A DNA stretch of 63,582 nt, counting the filler, from Chiloscyllium plagiosum (lineage: Eukaryota): assembly GCF_004010195.1 (NCBI RefSeq). It is 6 parts of one record of this genome, joined end to end, with 100 filler letters (N's around TTAATTAATTAA, not from the genome) between each part and the next. Parts side by side here need not be neighbours in the genome. Positions count along the whole stretch, not along the records: positions 1 to 15,534 come from NC_057710.1; positions 15,635 to 23,415 come from NC_057710.1; positions 23,516 to 37,269 come from NC_057710.1; 3 more parts are not named here. One strand, given 5' to 3'. How positions within the stretch are numbered: position 1 is the first letter of the stretch; every line of letters starts with the position of its first letter. The translations under genes and the position numbers were made by a program. A model generated the notes under the pieces. That model saw only the letters and a list, made by a program, of their open reading frames with translations. It did no database searches and had not been told where the DNA came from. Of the stretch, positions 13,726 through 24,702 are shown in pieces.

Positions 13726-13850
13726 TAGTCATCCAATGCCTCAATTGAAGCTGCCTCCACCAACATTAGCAGGCGGTGCATTCCAGACCTTAATCCATAG
13801 ACCCAGAGAGTTCCTGGACAACACATAACCTTAATTAGGCCCTTTAGAGG

Positions 13851-14150
13851 AGGTGATGGCTTAGTGGTATTATCACTGGGCTGTTAATCGAGAGACCCAG
13901 GGAATGTTCTGGGGACCCAGGTTCAAATCAAGGCAAATGGTGGAATTTGAATTCAATAAAAATATGGAATTAAGAGTCTAATGATGACCATGAATCCATT
14001 GTTAATTGTGATGAAAACCCTTAGGGAAGGAAACTGCCATCCTTACCTGGTCTGGCCGACACGTGACTCCAGACCCACAGCAATGTAGTTGACTCCTAAC
14101 TGCCCTCTGGGTAATAAATACTGGCTTGGCCAATGAAGCTCTCATCCTGT
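13851..14150 (+). mobile_element. tRNA-derived SINE, second family
   Basis: A-box-like tggcttagtgg and B-box-like ggttcaaatc. The body is shared with 48340-48690 and with 39890-40190 (minus). Confidence 0.75.
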
Positions 14151-15683
14151 GAAGGAACACAAAGAAACCACCAACCTCACAGAGAGATGGCCAATGGGGA
14201 GTTTAATCCAAGGGTCACAGTCTCAGATAAGGGGCAAGGCTGTGAAGGTGGGCACTCAGCCAGTGCAACAATTGACATTGTGCTGTTGGTATCACTGCAT
14301 TACAGCCTAGATTAGAGTGGTGCTGGAAAAGCACAGCAGGTGCTCTAATCTTGACTCCGATCTCCAGCATCTGCAGTATCCACCTCTGCCCATCACTGCA
14401 TTACAATCCAGCCATCCAGTGAACTGAGCTAACTGTCCTCCCACAGACTCTAACAGCTCCCTGTGTGGAAAAGATTTCTCTCCCATCACCCTTGCTTCAT
14501 TTGCATTTTAAATCGATTCCATCTTGTTTTTTTATGTTGTGAGCAGGAGTGGTTTCTCCCCATCTATTGCACCCAGCCCACTTGTCACCCTGAAAGCCTC
14601 AGGTCTCCCCCCCCCCCAGCCTTCTCCATCCCAGAAAAGCAGAGTCAAATGCTTCTATCTGCCCCCATCACTGAAGTCCCTCATCCCTGTTTTTGTAATT
14701 GGAAGGGTTCCATCCCTCAAACATTACAGCTCTGTTTAAAAACATTTCTCCTCTGAAGTTTTTGTCTAGTGATTTTAAATCTGTATCCTCTGCTGAAACA
14801 CTTCCCCCGCCTACTTCATCAGTCCCGTACTCCTTAAACCTCACACTCTCTCCCAGATGAGCCCTCCTCCATCTAATCTGCCCCTGATTGTTGGGGTATG
14901 GGGGGTTCTTATCTGAGGTTTAGGGTCCTTTTAAACACGCAGTCCCAGCGATATAGAGTCAGGAAAAGCCCAACTCTGCCAGATTTTGAATGATTCCCTC
15001 CTCTTCCCCCCCCCCCCCAGGCTCTGAGCCGCCCTCTTGTGCTTGTTCTGCCCTGAGTTCTGTCATCAATCAAACTGCACTGAGGGGAAAATTGTGCAAA
15101 TCCTGAGAGAGAGAGACGAGAGAGAGAGAGAGCTCCAGGAGACAGTTCGGAAAAGTTCTTCAAATCAGGTAAAATATTAACACAACTGTATTCTCCACTT
15201 CATAAACTTCAGTGCATCAGGGGTAAAATGTTATTTAACGGTTTTCCCTTTTAAGGTGTGTTTTCCTGTTCTCGGGCTGGACTCTCAGCGAGAAGTTGGA
15301 ATTGCAGTGGATTTTAATCCATGCCTCTCCACAAGACGTAAAGCAGCACTGTCTGTGTTTCTGAATGTCAGGGCGAGGAACCGGGGCTTTTCACAGAGAT
15401 TGCTTGATGCAACCTCATCGATGTTCAAACAAAGGGCAGCGAGAGAGCCCCTTCATGCCTGTCCCGAACAAAGTCTGGTCTTTTGGAGAAGGAGAGGGAG
15501 AGGGAGGCAGGGGGGAAAGAGAGGGAGAGAGGGGNNNNNNNNNNNNNNNNNNNNNNNNNNNNNNNNNNNNNNNNNNNNTTAATTAATTAANNNNNNNNNN
15601 NNNNNNNNNNNNNNNNNNNNNNNNNNNNNNNNNNTTGGGCGTGAGGACTGGCTTTTTAAAGAATCCTAACTTCCTATTGGCGA

Positions 15684-16780
15684 GGTTTGGATAGAGTCAG
15701 CGTGGGTTTCCAAAAGGGAAAAATACGTTGCACAAATCGACAGCAATTCCCCGCGGATGTAACTATTTGGGGGGAAGGAGTGGATGTAGTTTATTTGGAC
15801 TTTCAAAAGCATAAGGGTTTGGATAGAGTCAGCGTGGGTTTCCAAAAGGGAAAAATACGTTGCACAAATCGACAGCAATTCTCCGCGGATGTAACTATTT
15901 GGGGGGAAGGAGTGGATGTGGTTTATTTGGACTTTCAAAAGCATAAGAGATTATGCATAAGAGATTAGCACATTAAATAAACAAGAATGAGATGAAGGAT
16001 TTTACTGAGACAGATAAGAGCGCTGGTTGGCAGACAGGAATCAAAGAGCAGGAATAAACAGATCTTTTCTCTGAGTGGAAGGCAGTGAATGGTGGGGTAC
16101 CACAGGGCTCAGTGCTTGGACTCCAGATATTCACTAAATATATTAATGATATAGTGGAGGGAAATAAATGTAATATCTCCAAGCTTGCAGATAACGCAAA
16201 GCTGGGTGGGAGGGTGAGCTGTGAGGAGGATACAGTGAGGTTTATACAGGCTGAGCAAGTGGGCAAATACACAGCAGATAAAGTAAAACGTAAATAAATA
16301 TGAGGTTCCTTAATTTTAGTTGCAAAGCCAGACTATTATCTGAAGAGTGATCGATTGAGAGAAGGGAAGGTGGAACGGGAGCTGGGTGACCCTGTACGTC
16401 AGTCGCTGAGAGTAAACGTGCAGGTGCTGCAGGAGGGAAATGGTATGTTGGCCGTGATAGAGAGAGGGTTTGAATGCAGGGACCTCAGTGAGACCACCCC
16501 TGGAGTATTGTGTGCAGGTTTAGTCTCTTTATCTGGGGATGGATGTTCTGGGTCAGGAGAAAGTGCTGTCAAGGTTTACCAGACTGAGTCCTAAGGTGGC
16601 AGGACGGACTGTGCAGGGAGTATCTGGATTGGTTAGGACGATATTCAGGGTTTCGGAAAAGGAGGGATAGGATCTCATTTAAAAAGCTATAAAATTCTAA
16701 CAGGACTAGACAGGCTAAATGCAGGAAAGATAATCCCGATGTCCAGGCAGTCCAGAACCCAAGGTCACAGTCTGAGGACA
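15684..16780 (+). mobile_element. Decayed CR1 RT region with an internal 132-bp tandem duplication (15684-15947)
   Basis: VDVVYLDFQK occurs twice 44 codons apart, followed by GVPQGSVLG and ISKLADNAKL motifs. Confidence 0.85.
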
Positions 16781-18348
16781 CTAGCATTCAGTAATGAGAG
16801 CTTATCCAATTGAGTTACTGCTATTCTCTGTTTGCTGTGAGCTAATTGCTCCCTTAGCCATGCAAGAAGTGCGGCACTGTACTAATTAGGAACACAGATT
16901 CTGGATCAGTGGTGCTGGAAGAGCACAGCAATTCAGGCAGCATCCGAGGACAGGCAAAATCGACGTTTCGGGCAAAAGCCCTTTACCTAATTAGGAACAC
17001 AGCCAGGCCTCTGGGTCCCTCAAACCTGTGCTGCTATTCTCTGTTTGCTGTGAGCTAATTGCTCCCTTAGCCATGCAAGAAGTGCGGCACTGTACTAATT
17101 AGGAACACAGCCAGGCCTTGGGTCCCTCAAACCTGTGCTGCTATTCAGTAAGATCTGTGGCATCGACTCCAAATTACTCCTTGCCACCCCCCCCCCCCCC
17201 CGCCCCACCTCCCTTGCTCATTAATCGTGTCTCCCTCTGCCTTAAAAATAATCCTATGGTCTGCTTCCACTGCTTCTGGGGAGAGAGTTCCCCAGATTAA
17301 TGTCCCACCAAGAGGAGAAATCTCCTCATCTCTGTCTGAAAGAGAAACCCAAAACTTTAAAACTCTGGCCCTTAGCTCTCATCTCTTCTCCATTGGGAAC
17401 ACTCTCTCAGCATTCACCCTGTCAAGTTCACCCTATCTTCAGTGGACCTTCAGTGAGATCACCTCTCATTCTTCACTGTATCTCTTTAGCTGTATTTCTG
17501 TCACCCAATTGCTCTCACTGTGTCATGCACTAATCCCCCCAGTTCTGTCTCCATGTCTGTCCATCCCTCTCTCTCCCTCTCTCTCCCTTTTTCTCACACT
17601 CTGTCTGTCCCCCTCTCACCCTCAGGTTTCCCCACATCAGCCATCATTCTCATTTGCTCCCAATCTGTCTGGCTGCTCATTCTAGTTTTCCTCTCAATCG
17701 CTGTCTGTCCTCTATTCATTGCTACGTCCTCTCTTTATCTTGGCAGCTGTCTTTCTCTTTTCCTCACTCCGTCTCTCTCTCTCCCGCCTGCTCCATGCAT
17801 CGGGACACGTTCTTGTGTCCTTTCAACCTTCAGCAGAATCCTGGCAATNNNNNNNNNNNNNNNNNNNNNNNNNNNNNNNNNNNNNNNNNNNNNNNNNNNN
17901 NNNNNNNNNNNNNNNNNNNNNNNNNNNNNNNNNNNNNNNNNNNNNNNNNNNNNNNNNNNNNNNNNNNNNNNNNNNNNNNNNNNNNNNNNNNNNNNNNNNN
18001 NNNNNNNNNNNNNNNNNNNNNNNNNNNNNNNNNNNNNNNNNNNNNNNNNNNNNNNNNNNNNNNNNNNNNNNNNNNNNNNNNNNNNNNNNNNNNNNNNNNN
18101 NNNNNNNNNNNNNNNNNNNNNNNNNNNNNNNNNNNNNNNNNNNNNNNNNNNNNNNNNNNNNNNNNNNNNNNNNNNNNNNNNNNNNNNNNNNNNNNNNNNN
18201 NNNNNNNNNNNNNNNNNNNNNNNNNNNNNNNNNNNNNNNNNNNNNNNNNNNNNNNNNNNNNNNNNNNNNNNNNNNNNNNNNNNNNNNNNNNNNNNNNNNN
18301 NNNNNNNNNNNNNNNNNNNNNNNNNNNNNNNNNNNNNNNNNNNNNNNN

Positions 18349-19020
18349 AGGGGGAGGGAAGACAGGAGGGGGTGTGGCGTTTATGATTAGAGAAGAGATC
18401 ACGGCAGAGAGGATATTCCTGGGGGATCATTCCATGAAACTACCTGGGTGGAACTGAGAAATAAGAAAGGGGGTGATCACTTTGATGGGATTGTACTATA
18501 GGCCCCAGAATAATAGGGTGTAATAGAAGGGGATTTTCACTTTCCAAACATGGAATGGGACTGCCATAGGATTGAGGGCTTGGACAGAGAGGTATTGGTT
18601 AAGTGTGTTCAGGAAAACTTTCTCAATTAATATGTAGATGGCCTTACGAGAGAAGGGGTAAAATCTGACGTACTCTTGGGAAATAAGGCAGGGCAGGTGA
18701 CTGAGGTGTCAGTGGGGGAGCACTTTGGGACTAGTGACCATAATTCTTTTAGTTTTAAAATTGTGATGGAAAGGGATAGAGCTGGTGTACAAGTTAAAGT
18801 TCTAAACTGGGGCAAGGCTAATCTTGATGGTCTGAGCTTTATTAAATCATGAGGGATGCAGAACAGGTGAATAGCCAAAGTCTTTTTCCATGGGTGGGTG
18901 GGTCCAAAACTAGAGGGCAGAGGTTTAAGGTGAGAGGGGAAAAACATAACTTGTCACACAAAGCTTGTTGCGTACCTGGAATGAGCTGCCAGAGGATGTG
19001 GATGATGTGAGTACATTTAC
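18349..19020 (+). mobile_element. CR1 ORF2 fragment with a large internal deletion (endonuclease joined to the 3' end)
   Basis: GGGVAFMIREEI...LLGNKAGQVTEVSVGEHFGTSDHNS runs directly into a 3'-end segment (gggtccaaaactagagggc...tggaatgagctgccagagga). Confidence 0.8.
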
Positions 19021-22000
19021 AAATTAATGAGAAAACTGTTTCAAAGTGAAAGTTGGGCTGTTAGAAAATGGTGTTGCTTTTAGAATAGGGCTATTAGAAA
19101 ACTGTTCGAGTTAAGGTTAGAAACCAACGGTTTAGATTATTGTTAGGGAATTTAAAAAACTGTTTCAGTGTGAACGACAGGGAATTAGAAACTTGCGTTT
19201 CAGTTCAGTTTGAGACTTAGGGAATTAGAAACCTGTGATTCAGAGTGAGATTTCTTGAAATAGAAACCTGTTTCAGTGTGTGAATTAGGAAATTAGAAAC
19301 CTGTTTCAGTGTGAGTTAGGGAATTGGAAATCTGTATCAGTGTCAGTGTGAGGGAATTAGAAACCTGTGTTTCAGTGTGAGAGTTAGGAAATTAGAAACC
19401 TGTTTCAGTGTGTGAATTAGGGAATTAGAAACCTGTGTTTCAGTGTGAGATTTCTGGAAATAGAAACCCTGTTTCAGTGTGTGAATTAGGGAATTAGAAA
19501 CCTGTTTCAGTGTGAGATTTCAGGATTAGAAATCTGTTTCAGTGTGAGAGTTGGGGAGTTAGAAATCTGTATCAGTGTCAGTGTGAGGGAATTAGAAACC
19601 TGTGATTCAGTGTGAGAGATACTGAATTAGAAACCTGTGATTCAGTGTGAGAGTTAGGGAATTAGAAAAGTGCAGATGCTGGAAACCAGATTCTGGATCA
19701 GTGGGGCTGGAAGAGCACAGCAATTCAGGCAGCATACGAGGACAGGATTTTGCCTGCTCCTCGGATGCTGCCTGAATTGCTGTGCTCTTCCAGCCCGACT
19801 GATCCAGAATTAGAAAAGTGTGTTTCAATGTGAGATTTCTGGAAATAGAAACCTGTTTCAGTGTGTGAATTAGGGAATTAGAAACCTGTTTCAGTGTGTG
19901 AATTAGGGATTAGGGAATTAGAAACCTGTTTCAGTGTGTGAATTAGGGAAACCTGTTTCAGTGTGAGAGTGAGGGAATTAGAAACCTGTTTCAATGTGAG
20001 ATTTCAGGAATTAGAAACCTGTTTCAGTGTGTGAATTAGGGAATTAGAAACCTGTTTCAGTGTGAGAATTAGGGAAACCTGTTTCAGTGTGAGAGTGAGG
20101 GAATTAGAAACCTGTTTCAATGTGAGATTTCAGGAATTAGAAACCTGTTTCAGTGTGAGAGTTAGGGAATTAGAAACCTGTTTCAGTGTAAGAGTTAGGG
20201 AATTAGAAACCTGTTTCAGTGTGAGAGTTAGGGAATTGGAAGCCTGTGTTTCAATGTGTGAGTTAGGGAATTAGAAACCTATTTCAGTGTGAGAGTTAGG
20301 GAATTGGAAATCTGTGATTCAGTGTGTAATTCCCTAACTCTCACACTGAATCACAGGTTTCTAATTCCCTAACTCTCACACTGAATCACAGATTTCCAAT
20401 TCCCTAACTCTCACACTGAAATAGGTTTCTAATTCCCTAACTCACACACTGAAACACAGGCTTCCAATTCCCTAACTCTCACACTGAAACAGGTTTCTAA
20501 TTCCCTAACTCTCACACTGAAACAGGTTTCTAATTCCTGAAATCAGTGCTGGGATCTTTGTGGTTTGTAATATATATAAATGATCTGGAGGAAAATGTAG
20601 GTGGTCTGGTTAGTAATTTTGCGGATGGCACCAAAATTAGTGGATTTGCAGATAGTGAGGAGAATTGTCAAAGGATACAGTGGGATATAAATAAATTGTT
20701 GATTTTGGACAGAGAAATATCAGATGGAGTTTAATCCAAACAAATGTGAGGTGATCTATTTTAGAAGATCAAATTCAGGTGCAAGTTATACAATAATTGG
20801 CAGTCATGTTTTGGAGGTAAAAACAATGACTACAGATGCTGATGAAGGGCTTTTGCCTGAAACATCGATTTCGAAGCTCCTTGGATGCTGCCTGACCTGC
20901 TGTGCTCTTCCAGCACCACTGATCCAGAGTCATGTTTTGGAGCCATCAGGCTCTCAAAACCAATCACAACATTGTCATCAAACCAGCAGATAAAGGAGGA
21001 GCCATTGTCATTCAGAATAGAACAGATTACTGCAAGGAAGTGTACCGACAACTGAACAACCAGGAACACTACAGGCAACTACCAGCTGATCCGACCAAAG
21101 AACACACCCGAGAATTAAACACACTGATCAGAACTTTGGATCCAGTCCTTCAGAGCTCCCTACGCGCCCTCATCCCACCTGCTTCTCGTGTAGGCGACTT
21201 CTACTGCCTTCCAAAGGTACACAAAGCCAACACACCAGGATGTCCCATCGTGTCGGGCAATGGGACCCTATGTGAGAATCTCTGGCTATGTGTGGAAGGC
21301 ATCTTAAAACCTATTGTACAGGGGATCTCCAACTTCTGTCGCGACACTACGGATTTCTTACAGAAACTCAGCACCCACGGACCAGTCGAACCGGGAACAT
21401 TCCTCGTCACAATGGATGACTCAGCACTCTACACCAGCATCCCCCACAAAGATGGCATCGCGGCAACAGCCTCAGTACTCAACACCAACAACTGCCAATC
21501 TCCAAACACCATCCTANNNNNTGTGAGAGTTAGGGAATTAGAAACCTGTGTTTCAGAGTGAGCGTTAGGGAAATAAGAAATCTGTGTTTCAGACTGAGAG
21601 TTAGGGAATTAGAAACCCATGATTCAGAGTGAGAATTAGCGAATTGGAAATCTGTGTTTCATAGAACATAGAAAAGTACAGCACAGAACAGGCCCTTTGG
21701 CCCACGATGTTGTACCGAGATTTAATCCTCGTGTAAAATATCGTCACTTAACCCTACGCACCTCGCTACTCACTGCTATCCATGTGCATGTCCAGCAGTC
21801 GCTTAAATGTCCCCAATGACTTCGCTTCCACCACCACCGCTGGCACCGCATTCCATGCATTCACAACTCTCTGCGTAAAGAACCTAGCACTGACGTCTCC
21901 TTTCTACCTTCCTCTAATATCTTCAAACTATGACTTCTCGTGCCAGTCAATCCTGCCCTAGAGAGAAATCTCTGGCTATTGAGAGTTAGGGAATTAGAAA

Positions 22001-22140
22001 CCTGTGATTCAATATGAGAATTAGGGAATTAGAAACCTGTTTCAGTGTGAGAGTTAGGGAAGTAGAAATTTGATTTTCATTGAGAGAGTTAGGGAATTAA
22101 TAACCTGTTTCGATGTGGGTGTTCAGGAATTAGAAAATGG
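19020..22140. repeat. About 33-bp degenerate satellite (gagttagggaattagaaacctgtttcagtgtga), interrupted by insertions and an internal inversion
   Basis: Tandem units at 19180-20326, reverse-complement units at 20327-20545, and further units at 21522-21660 and 21981-22140. Confidence 0.9.
20930..21517 (+). mobile_element. Penelope-like reverse transcriptase fragment
   Basis: IVIKPADKGGAIVI...FYCLPKVHK...PIVS...FLVTMDDSALYTSIPH, which are PLE RT motifs. A duplicate copy lies at 23260-23415. Confidence 0.9.
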
Positions 22141-22214
22141 CAAATATAAACAAATAAACCAGTTTAAGAAAAGGTTCAATGGACCTGAAACAGTATTCTA
22201 ATTCCTTAACTAAT

Positions 22215-23130
22215 CCAGGTGATTATCGGCCAGTGAACTTGTCATCAAGGTGGGGAAGCTGTTGGAGAAGATACTAGAGACAGGATTTATTCACATTTGG
22301 AAGTGAAGGGATTTATTAGTAATAGCCGGGTGGGTTTGCACAGGGAAGACCATGTCTCACCAAATTGTTGGAGTTTTTTGAGGGGGTGACAAGAATAATT
22401 GATGAGGGAAGGGCAGTGGATGTTGTCCACAGGGACTTTAATTAAAGTGTTTGATAAGGTACATCTTGGCGGGCTGGTACAAAAAGTGAAGTCCCATGGG
22501 ATCCGGGGTGAGCTGGCTCGACAGATCCAGAGATGAAAGTGAGGACTGCAGATCAGGGTCAAGATTAGAGTGGTGCTGGAAAAGCACAGCAGATCAGGCA
22601 ACATCCGAAGAGCAGGGAAATCAATGCTTCGGTCAAAGGGCCTTCATCAGGAATGAGGCTTCGGTGTGAGAGTTAGGGAATTAGAAACCTGTTTCAGTGT
22701 GAGAAACATCGATTTTCCTGCTCCTCGGATGCTGCCTAACCTGCTGTGCTTTTCCAGCACCACTCTAACCTTGACTAGATGGATCCAGAGCTGGCTTCGT
22801 CATAGAAGACAGAGTAGCAGTAAAAGGGTGCTTTTCAGAATGGAGATCAGTAACAAGTGGTGTTCCTCAGGGATCAGTGCTGGGATCTTTGTGGTTTGTA
22901 ATATATATAAATGATCTGGAGGAAAATGTAGGTGGTCTGGTTAGTAATTTTGCGGATGGCACAAAAATTGGTGGAGCTGCAGATAGTGAGGAGAATTGTC
23001 AAAGGATACAGTGGGATATAGATAAATTGTTGATTTTGGACAGAGAAATATCAGATGGAGTTTAATCCAAACAAATGTGAGGTGATGCATTTTAGAAGAT
23101 CAAATTCAGATGCAAGTTATACAATAATTG
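22215..23130 (+). mobile_element. CR1 RT fragment with a Penelope-terminus insertion
   Basis: Contains the remnant [24 protein letters not shown]...SNFADGTKIGG. Confidence 0.85.
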
Positions 23131-23515
23131 GCAGTCATGTTTTGGAGGTAAAAACAATGACTACAGATGCTGATGAAGGGCTTTTGCCTGAAACATCGAT
23201 TTCGAAGCTCCTTGGATGCTGCCTGACCTGCTGTGCTCTTCCAGCACCACTGATCCAGAGTCATGTTTTGGAGCCATCAGGCTCTCAAAACCAATCACAA
23301 CATTGTCATCAAACCAGCAGATAAAGGAGGAGCCATTGTCATTCAGAATAGAACAGATTACTGCAAGGAAGTGTACCGACAACTGAACAACCAGGAACAC
23401 TACAGGCAACTACCANNNNNNNNNNNNNNNNNNNNNNNNNNNNNNNNNNNNNNNNNNNNTTAATTAATTAANNNNNNNNNNNNNNNNNNNNNNNNNNNNN
23501 NNNNNNNNNNNNNNN

Positions 23516-23725
23516 AAGTGAAACTATCACTGTATTCTAACAGATGAAATGCTTAACAGACAATCAATTCTTCAATGTATAATTTCAGTTACATCACACT
23601 GTAAATTTTTGCTATAAATTCTGTGTTACGATTGAGCCCTCCACAATCACCTGATGAAGGAGCGTCGCTCCGAAAGCTAATGTGCTTCCAATTAAACCTG
23701 TTGGACTATAACCTGGTGTTGTATG
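23516..23725 (+). mobile_element. Penelope-like terminal repeat with a minimal hammerhead-like motif
   Basis: cac CTGATGA aggagc gtc gctcc GAAA gcta at 23648-23679, followed by aattaaacctgttggactataacctggtg. Confidence 0.65.
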
Positions 23726-24221
23726 ATTAATAATTGGCAGAACTCTGAGACATAGAGGGATCCGGATGCACAGGTCCACAGATCCCTGAAAGTGAAAGCA
23801 CAGTTGGATAAGGTGTTCAAGAGGAATGCAGCACGCTTGTACTCATCAGGCAGGGCATCGAATATAAAGGTTGGCAAGTTATGTTACAGCTGTATAAAAC
23901 TTTAGTTCGGCCACATTTGGAATATTGTATCCAGTTCTGATCGTGTCGTTACCAGAAGGATATGGAGACTTTGGAGTGGGTGCAGAGAGGTTTTACCAGA
24001 ATGTTGCCTGGTCTGGATGATTTAGTTATGAGGAGAGATTGGATAAACTCGGATTGTTTTAACTGGAAAAACAGAGCCTGAGGGGTGACCAGATAAAGGT
24101 CTACGAAATTATCAGAGGCATAGATAGGATGGAGAGTCAGAGACTTTTCCCAGGATAGAAACATCAACTACAAGAGGGCACAGGTTTAAGGTGAGGGGGG
24201 GACAGTTTACGAGAGAAGTGT

Positions 24222-24538
24222 GGGCGGCACGGTGGCACAGTGGTTAGCACTGCTGCCTCACAGCGCCTGAGACCTGGGTTCAATTCCCGCCTCAGGCGAC
24301 TGACTGTGTGGAGTTTGCACGTTCTCCCCGCGTCTGCGTGGGTTTCCTCCGGGTGCTCCGGTTTCCTCCCACAGTCCAAAGATGTGCAGGGTCAGGTGAA
24401 TTGGCCATGCTAAATTGCCCGTAGTGTTAGGTAAGGGGTAAATGTAGGGGTATGGGTGGGTTTCGCTTCAGCGGGTCGGTGTGGACTTGTTGGGCCGAAG
24501 GGCCTGTTTCCACACTGTAATGTAATGTAATCTAATCT
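24222..24538 (+). mobile_element. HE1-type V-SINE, full length, inserted in a CR1 3' fragment (23740-24700)
   Basis: tRNA-like head (tggcacagtgg, ggttcaattcc), V-domain gtgtggagtttgcacgttctccccg...ggtttcctcc, tail gggcctgtttccacactgtaatgtaatctaatc. Confidence 0.92.
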
Positions 24539-24702
24539 CATCAATGTTTTTCACCCAGAGGGTGATGGGTGCCAGGAATGCACTGTCAGTGATGGAGATG
24601 GAAGCAGGCACATTAGCACCATTTTAAGGCATATTTTGATAGACACATGAACAGGGGCAAACTGAGCGATTCAAACCGCACATGGGCAATATGTGTTGGG
24701 GT

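Noticed and set aside
17480..17848. Hydrophobic, transmembrane-like ORFs
   Set aside because: CT-rich low-complexity DNA that yields Leu/Ser/Pro-rich translations.
19180..20545. Interstitial telomere or fusion site
   Set aside because: TTAGGG occurs only singly within a unit of about 33 bp. There is no (TTAGGG)n run.
24222..24300. tRNA gene-like A/B boxes (also at 36238, 43350, 60990 and 61810)
   Set aside because: These are heads of tRNA-derived SINEs that continue into the V-domain and a LINE-like tail.
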